Shown in pieces: positions 55,458-64,000 of a DNA stretch of 64,000 nt. The notes beneath the pieces are model-generated. The model saw only the letters and a list, made by a program, of their open reading frames with translations, had not been told where the DNA came from and ran no database searches. This DNA comes from Cephaloticoccus sp. Its GTDB lineage: Bacteria > Verrucomicrobiota > Verrucomicrobiia > Opitutales > Opitutaceae. The first letter of the stretch is position 1, and each line of letters opens with the position of its first letter. The position numbers and the translations under genes were made by a program. Location: NCBI GenBank assembly GCA_030833445.1, contig JAURHD010000017.1, positions 996-64,995 on the forward strand, read 5' to 3'.

Positions 55458-55535
55458 GGGGGGAGTCCAACAACTGCCGTCAGCTGCGGCAAACTTTAGT
55501 GCCCCAGATGACACCATTCGCATTCAACGAACTGA

Positions 55536-56303
55536 TTATTTCACCTGGTCGTCCTCGGGCACTTCCTTCGCATCTCCCAATTGCACATTGCCCACCGGCA
55601 GGTCGGTGGTGATCAATACCTCCTCGGTCGTGATCTTCCGGTCAAAAAATTCCGAACCCGCCGCGAGCATCTTTTCCATGAATTGATTCAAGTCCCGATT
55701 AGCCGGATCGTCGGTGACAATCGTGGTCTTCCAAAGTAACTTGGGCTTCTTCTTTTTCCCGGGTTTGGGTTCGGGTTGGGTATCTGGATTGGCCCAAGCA
55801 GTCACGCGAATGAACAGCTTTTCGGATTGGGCTGCCTGCAGTTTTTCTTCAAAGCGATGGGTCTTTTGACGCATCAAACTGGTGGGCAGTCCTACGTAAG
55901 TCAGCGTGGGTGGATTGGTGGTTTCATCCATGTTGACATCATCGAGGTAAGGATTGCGCAGATAACCCCGGCCGCAAAGCACGGTCAGCACGATTTCCGC
56001 TGGTTCAGCAGCTGTGGCTGGTCGAAATCCACGTTTGGCGAGTTCATTGCTCAGATGCGTCAGCAGCAAAGTTTCATCGATCGGCATGATCAGTGATTCA
56101 TCACCACGGGCTTCACTAACTGCGGCGATTGCATAGACCTTGCCGTGCTCTCGGAGCGGCTCCTTGCCGAAACCCTTGAAGGGTTGGTCCACGTCGGAGC
56201 GCACCTGGATATTGAGGGGCAGACTTTCATCCGCACCCATGACTGACGAACTCAGGCCTAATGTCATTCCCAAGTAGATGAAAAAAGTTGAGGCGGATTT
56301 CAT
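55536..56303 (-). CDS. Secreted/lipoprotein-like hypothetical protein
   Basis: Signal peptide MKSASTFFIYLGMTLGLSSSVMG. Contains a Lys/Pro-rich patch (PEPKPGKKKKPK). I recognise no family. Confidence 0.55.
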   Translation of the reverse strand: MKSASTFFIYLGMTLGLSSSVMGADESLPLNIQVRSDVDQPFKGFGKEPLREHGKVYAIAAVSEARGDESLIMPIDETLLLTHLSNELAKRGFRPATAAEPAEIVLTVLCGRGYLRNPYLDDVNMDETTNPPTLTYVGLPTSLMRQKTHRFEEKLQAAQSEKLFIRVTAWANPDTQPEPKPGKKKKPKLLWKTTIVTDDPANRDLNQFMEKMLAAGSEFFDRKITTEEVLITTDLPVGNVQLGDAKEVPEDDQVK

Positions 56304-56555
56304 GGGTTTTGAGAGGCCAATTTAACCAACTGGATTCAGGGGGCCAGTCTGCAAAGTATTTTATCCCCCACAATCCGGACACTCAATCCACAAAATTAGC
56401 CTGACCGTAGGACTCCGTCAGGGTGTTATTCAACATCAGGGTCTGGCTGTCCGTGGCACCTGACGAACGAAGGCTCAATTCTAGCGCCAGTTCATTTTTG
56501 CACTGTGCCATTATTTCCCATTGACCGATTCGACCATCCCGACTGACTCATAGGC

Positions 56556-57932
56556 ATGGTGCCCAGTGTTCTAATCGTTGATGACGAAAAACACACCCGC
56601 GAGGGACTCCAGCAGGCGCTGGAGGATGACTATGACGTGTCTGTGGCTGCCAATGCCGATGAAGCGGCTAATCTCATGGACGCGCAGCCATTTGATGTGG
56701 TGCTGACCGACCTGCGCATGCCCGGCAAATCCGGGCTTAAGGTCATCGACAAGGCTTTGGCCCAGGCCAATCACCCGGCGGTTTTGATGATGACGGCTTA
56801 CGGTAACATCGAAACGGCGGTGGAGGCGATGAAGCGCGGCGCGATCGATTTTCTCACCAAACCGGTCAATATCGAGCGATTGGAGGTGTTGATCCAACGT
56901 GCACTCAAGACCAAGACGCTTGAGGTTGAGGTCAAACAGCTGCACGAGCGCTTGGACGAGAAATTCAACTTTGATCACATCATTGGTAATTCGCCCAAGC
57001 TGAAGTCCGTGATTGACCGTGTGAAATTGGTGGCCCCCTCGAAGGCAACCATTCTGATCGAAGGTGAATCCGGCTCGGGCAAAGAGCTGATTGCCCAAGC
57101 AATTCATCAGGCCAGTCCACGGGCCCGGGGACCGATGATTGCGGTGCACTGCGCATCCCTCTCGGATAACTTACTGGAGAGCGAACTCTTCGGCCACGAG
57201 CGCGGGGCATTCACGGGGGCCAATGAACGTCGGATCGGCCGGTTTGAATCAGCGGATGGCGGCACCTTGTTTCTCGATGAAATCGGAGAGATTTCCGCTT
57301 CCACCCAAGTAAAGCTGCTGCGCTTTCTAGAGACCAAGGCGATTGAACGGGTCGGTGGTGCCAAACCAATCGACTTGGATGTGCGCTTGGTGGCCGCAAC
57401 TAACCGTGATCTCCAACAGATGGTCCGGGACGCTAAATTCCGGGAGGATCTTTTTTTCCGGCTCAACGTAGTGCGCATCGACATGCCGCCGCTGCGGGAC
57501 CGGGCGGAAGATGTGCCCCTGCTGCTGACGCATTATCTCAAACTGCTTAGTGCCGAAAACAAGCTCCCGGATTTGACGCTCGAACCCGGGGCGGTGCGCA
57601 CGCTGCAGAATTATGGCTGGCCTGGTAATATTCGTGAGCTCCGTAATTTTTGCGAAAATGTCGTGGTGCTGCATCGGGGCGGTGCGCTGACGGAATATGA
57701 TCTCGACGAAAAATTTCGCACCGCTGGAGAGAACACTGGTGGCACCGGTGGCGGTCAGACCGGGGCGGCCGGCAATTCACTTTCGATTGAGGAAAATGAA
57801 AAGCGCGTTTTGCGAGAGGCCTTGATCAAATCAAGGGGGAATCGCACCAAGGCCGCGGAACTCATGGGTATCAGTCGTCGGACCTTGCATCGCAAATTGG
57901 TGCAGTGGCCGGAGCTCGACGTCATTGATTGA
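56556..57932 (+). CDS. Sigma-54-dependent response regulator (NtrC family: REC, AAA+, Fis-type HTH)
   Basis: REC (VLIVDDE...DVVLTDLRMPG), Walker A GESGSGKE, ESELFGHERGAFTGA (the GAFTGA loop) and the C-terminal HTH AAELMGISRRTLHRKL. Confidence 0.9.
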   Translation: MVPSVLIVDDEKHTREGLQQALEDDYDVSVAANADEAANLMDAQPFDVVLTDLRMPGKSGLKVIDKALAQANHPAVLMMTAYGNIETAVEAMKRGAIDFLTKPVNIERLEVLIQRALKTKTLEVEVKQLHERLDEKFNFDHIIGNSPKLKSVIDRVKLVAPSKATILIEGESGSGKELIAQAIHQASPRARGPMIAVHCASLSDNLLESELFGHERGAFTGANERRIGRFESADGGTLFLDEIGEISASTQVKLLRFLETKAIERVGGAKPIDLDVRLVAATNRDLQQMVRDAKFREDLFFRLNVVRIDMPPLRDRAEDVPLLLTHYLKLLSAENKLPDLTLEPGAVRTLQNYGWPGNIRELRNFCENVVVLHRGGALTEYDLDEKFRTAGENTGGTGGGQTGAAGNSLSIEENEKRVLREALIKSRGNRTKAAELMGISRRTLHRKLVQWPELDVID

Positions 57933-59725
57933 TGAACCGGCCGCGCACGATCCAGGAATGGATTCATTGGCTGGAGGCAGGCACGGGCGCGCGTTTTGTG
58001 CAACTGGCCGCATTGATACTCGGCGCATTGGTTTTATCCTTATTGGTCGCATGGAAACAATTTCACGGCCCGACCAACGAAACCACGCTGCGGCAGGCTG
58101 ATCTGGGCCGCCAGCTTGCGCGCGGGGAAGGTTTCACGACCCGGATCAATTATCCGCAAGTGCATGCCGTGATGGGAGCCAAGGGATTGGGTTACGCCGA
58201 GAACCGGCTGTTGCCCGAACTTTATGAGGCTCCCTTCTATCCTTTGTTGATTGCCGGGGCCCTCCGGATTTTACCGGAAACGTGGCGCGCGAGTCTGTTT
58301 GCCCAAGCTCCTCAACCACCCGATGGATTTGGGGCCGATTATTTTTTGCTGGGGCTCAATCTAGTGCTGTTCTGGCTGGCGATATGGCAAACTTACGAAT
58401 TTGGCCGGCGCTTGTTTGATGTGCGGGTCGGGTGGGTGGCGGCGATTGCATTGCTGCTTTCCGTGCCGATCTGGCAACAGGTGGTGGCCGTCAATGGCCT
58501 GCCTTTGATGATGGTGCTGCTGCTGGCAGTATTTCGCTGTTGGTGGGCGGTGGAGCAGGCGTGGGCCAACCGACAATCCTTTCCATGGCTCTGGCTGACC
58601 GGTTTGGGTCTCGGCGGCAGTTTACTGTTTCTGACCGAATACAGCGCAGGTGCCTTGTGGTTGGTGCTGCTGGGCTATGTCGGCTGGCGGGCACCGGCCT
58701 CACACCGTTGGGGTGCCTTGGGCTTGGTTGTGCTGGTTTTTGCGGTGGTGTGTGGTCCGTGGATCGGGCGCAATGTTTCTCTGACCGGTTATCCCACAGC
58801 CTTGGCTTGGCAGAACATGGCGCTCAAGGAAGGGGACCCGACAGCGTCGCCCCAGACCGTTCGCACGACCATCTCAACAGAATTTCCCCAAGTGGATATC
58901 AACAAGCTGGGCAACAAAGTGCTCACCGCTTGGCAGGAAAATTTGGAATCGCGGCTCTGGTCGGGTGGGGCGATGTGGTTCACCGCCTTGTTTGTCGTGG
59001 GCTGGTTGTATGCATTTCGCACGGCGTCCACGGATCGGCTGCGTTGGTTTTTCAGCGGGGCATTTTTTGTCGCCCTCCTGGTGCAATCCGCCGCCAACTC
59101 GGGTGAGAGCGAGCGCTTGGTCGCCGCCTATTTCAGCCCCTTGATCATGGTATTTGGGGCCGGGTTTTTCTTTGTATTGGTGGGAAGTAATGCCGTCTTG
59201 AACTCGTGGCCCCGGGCATGCGCCGCCCTGTTATTGATCCTCCAGGCACTCCCTCTGCTCCATGATGTGTTGGAGCCAAGACGGCTGCATTTTCACTATC
59301 CGCCCTATTATCCGCGTTTGTTTATGGGCATGAAGGAGGAATTGGTGCTTCGCGACCAGACCGGGCGATTTGGTGTGATGGCCGATGTTCCGGCCGGGGT
59401 GGCTTGGTATAGTGACCACCGGGTATGGGCCCAACCCGCACGATTGCATGATTTTTACGCCATCACCCTTGAGCAGTCCATCGGGGAGCTTTTACTGACG
59501 CCCAAAACACTGGATCGGCCCTTTTTCTCAGATTTGGCCGCCAATCGAGATGACGATTTACGTATGGAACTGGCCGGATTGCGGCGGTTCGGTGAATGGG
59601 GACGAATTTATGCTGGTTTGATGACTGGGCGACTGCCGGCTGAGTTTCCCCTCAAGGTCCCGCAGCGTCTTTCAGAGAACCTCTATGTTTTTATCAATCC
59701 GGCCTTGCCGCCCCGGCAGCAATAA
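57932..59725 (+). CDS. Polytopic membrane protein, GT-C (ArnT/PMT, GT39/83)-like glycosyltransferase candidate
   Basis: About 11 hydrophobic helices by eye, followed by a soluble C-terminal part of about 130 aa. The first loop, DLGRQLARGEGF, is reminiscent of GT-C. The start overlaps the NtrC stop (TGATG). The family call is tentative. Confidence 0.45.
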   Translation: MNRPRTIQEWIHWLEAGTGARFVQLAALILGALVLSLLVAWKQFHGPTNETTLRQADLGRQLARGEGFTTRINYPQVHAVMGAKGLGYAENRLLPELYEAPFYPLLIAGALRILPETWRASLFAQAPQPPDGFGADYFLLGLNLVLFWLAIWQTYEFGRRLFDVRVGWVAAIALLLSVPIWQQVVAVNGLPLMMVLLLAVFRCWWAVEQAWANRQSFPWLWLTGLGLGGSLLFLTEYSAGALWLVLLGYVGWRAPASHRWGALGLVVLVFAVVCGPWIGRNVSLTGYPTALAWQNMALKEGDPTASPQTVRTTISTEFPQVDINKLGNKVLTAWQENLESRLWSGGAMWFTALFVVGWLYAFRTASTDRLRWFFSGAFFVALLVQSAANSGESERLVAAYFSPLIMVFGAGFFFVLVGSNAVLNSWPRACAALLLILQALPLLHDVLEPRRLHFHYPPYYPRLFMGMKEELVLRDQTGRFGVMADVPAGVAWYSDHRVWAQPARLHDFYAITLEQSIGELLLTPKTLDRPFFSDLAANRDDDLRMELAGLRRFGEWGRIYAGLMTGRLPAEFPLKVPQRLSENLYVFINPALPPRQQ

Positions 59726-59776
59726 TAATTGCCTAATGCAGATTAATGTCCCTATGGTCCACAGCGTCTTCAGCTT

Positions 59777-60952
59777 ATGGAAGTTACCCAATTTTTCCCG
59801 TTATTGGGGTTTTTAGCCGTCCAGCCAGTCTTGGCGGTCTATGCGCCGATACCTGAACAGGAACAAGGCAAACAGCTGACCGTCTTGGTCACGGCGGGTA
59901 TCTCGCATGACAGTAACATCTTTGGGGCCGCCACTAGTGCAATCAGCAGCACGGTTTACACGTTTTCTCCGGAGTTGAAATTCAACTCCTCGCTCACCGA
60001 TCAAACCTTCGTTTCAGCTTCCTATAAGCTGACCCTGGACCATTTTACCGAGCGCCCAGGTGATAAGACGCTGGATAGTCATGATTTGATGGGCCGGGTA
60101 GCACACGCCTTTAATGCGAATACCAACATCGATATCACCGAGACTTACACGGTATCGAAAAATCCCGAGTCCCTGCTGGCCGGGGTGGCCATCAACACCG
60201 ACCAGTCATTCAAGCGTAATCAACTCGATGGTCGTTTCGTGACCAGCTTGAGTGGCAAGACCACCGGCACGATCAAGGCGCGCACCGTCAACTATAGTTA
60301 TGACAACGCGGTGTTGGCCGCCAGTATTGATCGGACGGAAAATCTCTACGGCGTGGAAATCGGCCAGGCATTCTTGCCCGAGGTGAAACTGGTAGGGGAA
60401 TACCGGCATCAGGATGTAAATTACCGTTCCAGCGGTTCGACCAAGGACAAGCAATCCGACTTCCTCATCGGCGGTGTGGATTACAATGTCGCCCGCAAGA
60501 CGACGGCTACGGGTCGTTTGGGTTATGAATGGCGAAAGCGTGATGGTGAACGCAGTTCAGCGACGCCCTATGTTGAATTAAGCAGCAAATATGATTACGC
60601 GGAAAAATCCTTCATCACCGCCGGCTACATCTACACGTTTGAAGAGACTTCCAACATCGCGACTTACACCGACACCAAGGTGAACCGGTTCTTCGTCAAT
60701 GTGCAGCATGCCGTCAGTGCACTCATCGTGGCCTCCGGATCATTCAGTTATGAGCCATCCACGCTGCAGGGGCGTCGCGGGGTCGCGGATGTGGATGAAA
60801 AAACCACCCGGCTCGGTCTGGCCCTCTCGTATTTGATCAGCAAAAATTGGTCACTCTCCGCCACTTTTGACCACGATAACGTGAACTCGGATTCACCCAC
60901 ACGTGACCTCAAGCGTGACCGCTACGGGGTCAGTGCTTCCTTTTCATTCTAA
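59777..60952 (+). CDS. Outer-membrane beta-barrel protein (polysaccharide-locus associated)
   Basis: It has a signal peptide, alternating hydrophobic beta-strand patterns rich in Y/G/N/D/T/S, and a C-terminal ...SASFSF ending in Phe. Confidence 0.55.
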   Translation: MEVTQFFPLLGFLAVQPVLAVYAPIPEQEQGKQLTVLVTAGISHDSNIFGAATSAISSTVYTFSPELKFNSSLTDQTFVSASYKLTLDHFTERPGDKTLDSHDLMGRVAHAFNANTNIDITETYTVSKNPESLLAGVAINTDQSFKRNQLDGRFVTSLSGKTTGTIKARTVNYSYDNAVLAASIDRTENLYGVEIGQAFLPEVKLVGEYRHQDVNYRSSGSTKDKQSDFLIGGVDYNVARKTTATGRLGYEWRKRDGERSSATPYVELSSKYDYAEKSFITAGYIYTFEETSNIATYTDTKVNRFFVNVQHAVSALIVASGSFSYEPSTLQGRRGVADVDEKTTRLGLALSYLISKNWSLSATFDHDNVNSDSPTRDLKRDRYGVSASFSF

Positions 60953-61016
60953 CGTGCCGGTCCCGGCACAAAGAACTTGCTGACGCGGCACGGGCCGCCT
61001 TCCCTTTAGAACCCAC

Positions 61017-63182
61017 ATGGCTGTTCCCTTTGTCAGCAAGGATAGCGCGACGCTCGGTGATTTCCTGCAGGTTCTGCGTCTGCGCAAGGCCATGATTGCC
61101 TTGATTGTTTGTTTGGTGGTGGTGACGACCCTTGCCGTGACCGCTTTGCTGCCGAAGTGGTATCTGGCCACAACGAAGATCCGGGTCGAGAAGCCAGAGG
61201 GTGAGGTCAAATTGTTCCAGGCCCAGACCTCCAGCTACTACGATCCGTATTTTCTTCAGGATCAACTCCGGACCATGCGTTCGGAGATCATCATCTATCC
61301 GGTCATTGAAAATCTCGATCTCAATACCCGGGTGGCCGAGATGCTCGGAGTTACGGGTAAGCTGACCAATGCCATGACCTACCGCTACCTGCTCGACAAG
61401 ATGCTACGCATCGAATCTCAGCGGAGTTCATCAATCATTGAAATTGACGTTTATGCGCAGCAGGCAGTCCTCGCCGCCGAGATCGCGAATGAGATTGCCC
61501 GGGTGTATTCCGACAACCGCATCAGCTTTGCCACGTCTGAACAACGCGAGGGCCTCGCGCAATTGCGCAAGGAGCTGGTTTCGCAGGAAGACGAGGTCAG
61601 CCGACAGCGGGATGCGGTGGAAAAACTGCGCAAGGATTTGAATATCTCCGGCGTGGATCTCAATGCGCGTTATTCAGATATCGAGATCGAGACCTTGCGG
61701 CAGATGCAGAATTCGCTGATTGCCCTGAGTGTCGATGCCATCGGCCGCAAAACTCGCTGGGAACGCTTTAAGAGCATCCCGGTGGAAGACCGGGTCAGTT
61801 TGGTCAACGCCGAGTTGATCCAGGACCCCAATATCCAAAATTTGCTGCAGGCCTATTTGGTGGCCGATCAAACGGTCAGCAAACTAAAGGACCGGCTCGG
61901 TGAAAATCACCCCGACCTGATTTCAGCCATTGGCAACCGGTCCAAAATCCGGGAGCAACTCGATGCGCAACTACGGGGCTACGAGAGTTCGCTTGAAATA
62001 TCCTACAAGGAGGCCGAGGCCCGGGTGGCCGAGTTGAAGAACCAATTGTCTCAGGCCAAGGTCGATCAAATTTTGTCAGCGCGAGAGCGGATGCGTCCGT
62101 TTGAAGAAGCGGCTCAGAAGCTCGATGACGAGACGCGTTTGCTCACGACTTTGAAACTCACGCTGCGGCAACGTGAAATCGATTACCAGGTCCCGAAGCG
62201 CACGATCGAAATTCTCAATGTGGCCGAGGCTCCGATCCGGCCAAGTCGTCCGAGTTGGCCATTCAATTTTAGCTTTGCGCTGATCTTTGGACTGATTCTT
62301 GGGGTGGGCGTATCCGTCTTGCTGGAATATTTTGATACCAGCTTCCGCAATGTCACTGATATTGAAACCAAACTGAATCTGCCGGCGCTGGGAGTGATAC
62401 CATTTGTGGGCAATCTTGACGGGAATGACGAATTGGACCCGTCGGAAGAGGAGCCTTACCGGGTGCTGCATACGAACCTCAATCTCGCGCTGAAGCCCGG
62501 AGTGCCGGCGAGTTTGGTGCTGTTTTCAGCCGGACCAGGGGAAGGCAAATCCACCACTTTGCATCGGCTTACGCGCGCGATGGCCGCCGCCGGGGAACGC
62601 GTCATCCTGATCGATTCGGACTTGCGCCGACCGACACAGCACAAATTGGGCAAACGGCCGAAGGAGCCCGGACTTTGTGAATACTTGCTCGGACGCAAAA
62701 CCATGGAGGAGGTGGTGCAGCGCAATATCGCCCCCAATCTCGACTTTGTCCCTAGTGGTGCTTCGGCGGGTTTTACGCTCAACTTGCTATACGGCCAACG
62801 GCTCAAGGATTTGATCACCACGCTGCGGCAGCATTACGACAAAATCATTTTTGATTCACCGCCTATCATCGGCGTCAGTGACGCGTCAGTCCTGGCCAGT
62901 GTGGTGGACGGCACGGTATTGCTGATTCAACATCGTCGTAATCCACAGAGCATGGTGTTTCGCGCGCAGCAGATCATAGAATCGATCAAGACTCCTTTAC
63001 TCGGCGTCGTGTTGAATCAGGTTCCGACCGGCTCGGGCGAGGATTACGGATACTATACCCACAACTATAACTACTACAGCGAAGCACCCAAGCGCAGCCG
63101 GGGTTCTTCAAAATCTGCGCATAAAACGGAAGGCGATCATTTGGTGATGCGCGAACCAGGCGACACGGATCCACCGGTTTGA
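61017..63182 (+). CDS. Polysaccharide co-polymerase / tyrosine autokinase (Wzc/GumC/EpsG type)
   Basis: The N-terminal Wzz-like chain-length domain has a long coiled-coil and a second TM. The C-terminal P-loop kinase has SAGPGEGKST, ILIDSDLRRP and IIFDSPP. The tail YGYYTHNYNYY is Tyr-rich. Confidence 0.85.
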   Translation: MAVPFVSKDSATLGDFLQVLRLRKAMIALIVCLVVVTTLAVTALLPKWYLATTKIRVEKPEGEVKLFQAQTSSYYDPYFLQDQLRTMRSEIIIYPVIENLDLNTRVAEMLGVTGKLTNAMTYRYLLDKMLRIESQRSSSIIEIDVYAQQAVLAAEIANEIARVYSDNRISFATSEQREGLAQLRKELVSQEDEVSRQRDAVEKLRKDLNISGVDLNARYSDIEIETLRQMQNSLIALSVDAIGRKTRWERFKSIPVEDRVSLVNAELIQDPNIQNLLQAYLVADQTVSKLKDRLGENHPDLISAIGNRSKIREQLDAQLRGYESSLEISYKEAEARVAELKNQLSQAKVDQILSARERMRPFEEAAQKLDDETRLLTTLKLTLRQREIDYQVPKRTIEILNVAEAPIRPSRPSWPFNFSFALIFGLILGVGVSVLLEYFDTSFRNVTDIETKLNLPALGVIPFVGNLDGNDELDPSEEEPYRVLHTNLNLALKPGVPASLVLFSAGPGEGKSTTLHRLTRAMAAAGERVILIDSDLRRPTQHKLGKRPKEPGLCEYLLGRKTMEEVVQRNIAPNLDFVPSGASAGFTLNLLYGQRLKDLITTLRQHYDKIIFDSPPIIGVSDASVLASVVDGTVLLIQHRRNPQSMVFRAQQIIESIKTPLLGVVLNQVPTGSGEDYGYYTHNYNYYSEAPKRSRGSSKSAHKTEGDHLVMREPGDTDPPV

Positions 63183-63188
63183 TTTTTT

Positions 63189-64000
63189 ATGGGTGTGTTG
63201 CGTCATTGCCTTCTCGGACTCGTCCTATCAACGGGATTGTCCGGTGCCGGCATCAGGATTGTAGGGAGTGATCTGCTGGGTTCCGATTTTGTTGCGACCT
63301 TGCAGCAGTATGCCGCGAGCAATGAGTGGGATGCCGCGGTGGAATTTTCCGGCAGTTACATGGGGTGGAAGGACCTCCAGGCGAGTGAAGCCGATATTGG
63401 ATTGCTGAGTTTCTCGCCCGACGAAACCATGCCGACGGATCCATTTTATGTGGTCCCGATTGCTTATCATACCGGCAGGATATTCGTGACTGCAAAGTCG
63501 CCCCTCCAACAGGTCGATCTCAGTCAGTTGGCCGGAATCTTTGGCGGACAGGAAGGCGTCGGATGGAAACGTTGGGGCGATCTGGGATTGGTCGGGGAAG
63601 ACTCCACGCGCAGCATCATTCCTTATGCGTTGGTGGGTCAGCCCGGTATGCTTTTGGAACTATTCGCGTTTGTGGTGACAAATTCCCACCCGCTTAATCC
63701 GGGCCTGAAATTTCTGAACACCGACGAGGAAATTCTCCAAGTCCTGCAATCCACCGATGGCGGGGTTGTTTTGGCGGGGCAATTACCCCTGAAATCAAAT
63801 GGCGTAAAATCACTGGCCGTAGCCAAGACTCCCGGGGGGGGTAGCATTTTTGCCCAACCCCGATGCGGTGCACCGTGGAGACTATCCCATCAGTTGGCCG
63901 GTCTATCTGGTTTTCCGTCGTGATCAGGTTAAACGGCTTTATCCCCAGTTGCGTTACCTGCTTGGTCAGGAGGTGGCGGAGAGTCTGCAAAAGGCCCAGC
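63189..64000 (+). pseudogene. PstS/PBP-like-2 periplasmic binding protein, frameshifted at a G8 tract (63834-63841); 3' end outside the window
   Basis: Frame 0 (...SLAVAKTPGGG) runs into junk and stops at 63923. The +1 frame from 63841 reads VAFLPNPDAVHRGDYPISWPVYLVFRRDQVKRLYPQLRYLLGQEVAESLQKAQ, is open to the window end and matches a PBP C-terminus. A G7 tract would join the two frames. Confidence 0.7.

Noticed and set aside
55487-55508. A sigma-54-like motif (minus-strand sense: GGGGCACtaaagtTTGCC) about 30 nt upstream of the 53670..55457 gene.
   Set aside because: The spacing is GG-N11-GC instead of the essentially invariant N10, and the -24 element reads GGGCAC rather than TGGCAC. I consider it a chance resemblance.
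1-64000. A search for CRISPR arrays, tRNA, rRNA or tmRNA genes, IS elements or transposases, integrases, toxin-antitoxin pairs, and recognisable defence systems.
   Set aside because: There are no spaced direct-repeat arrays, no cloverleaf-like sequences in any intergenic gap I read, and no ORF with transposase, integrase, nuclease-helicase or small TA-like signatures. The window looks like core chromosome with embedded accessory genes.

Overview
This is a GC-rich, gene-dense chromosomal segment with about 55 protein-coding genes. I saw no rRNA, tRNA, CRISPR array, transposase, integrase or prophage genes.

Gene content suggests a PVC/Verrucomicrobia-like bacterium; this is inference only. The supporting signs are many PhyH-family oxygenases, an NHL/Ig surface protein with a PEP-CTERM-like tail, RNase HII plus HIII, and pyrimidine-rich leaders without a Shine-Dalgarno (SD) sequence.

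Housekeeping genes I recognise:
- lipB-lipA, lysS, a lolC/E-type permease plus lolD, and lpxB preceded by a Gfo/Idh/MocA oxidoreductase
- hemA preceded by a CcsA/HemX-like protein, an rsmB-like gene, dnaE, rpsU, mutY, and rnhC-rnhB in tandem
- a DhaK/DhaL-type dihydroxyacetone kinase

Accessory content:
- three PhyH-family dioxygenases, two of them paired with AraC regulators
- a PhoD-like phosphatase and a DUF1990 plus membrane-protein pair
- a DUF2961(GH172) plus beta-propeller glycosidase pair, a GH2 enzyme and a heparinase-II/III-like protein
- a surface-polysaccharide-type locus at the 3' end: NtrC-type activator, GT-C-like membrane protein, beta-barrel outer-membrane protein (OMP), Wzc-type tyrosine autokinase and a PBP-like protein

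Observations most worth a second look:
1. A eukaryote-type protein arginine methyltransferase (PRMT) homologue at 50581-51666, followed on the same strand by an untracked 47-codon Lys/Ala/Gln-rich ORF with its own terminator.
2. Five coding lesions in four genes: in-frame TAG in the NHL protein, TAG plus a 1-nt frameshift in a CHASE/PAS hybrid kinase, TGA at an expected Trp in an epimerase, and a G8-tract frameshift in the PBP-like gene of the polysaccharide locus. TAG and TGA otherwise act as normal stops.
3. REP/REPIN-like GTAG-headed palindromic doublets between convergent genes.
4. Short pyrimidine-run-GYG tandem triplets sitting 9-11 nt upstream of several start codons, including one 33-nt unit present twice at 29/33 identity.
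5. An orphan intrinsic terminator in the leader of the dihydroxyacetone kinase gene.

I cannot point to a clear multi-gene novel system. All calls come from reading translations by eye; no database search was run.
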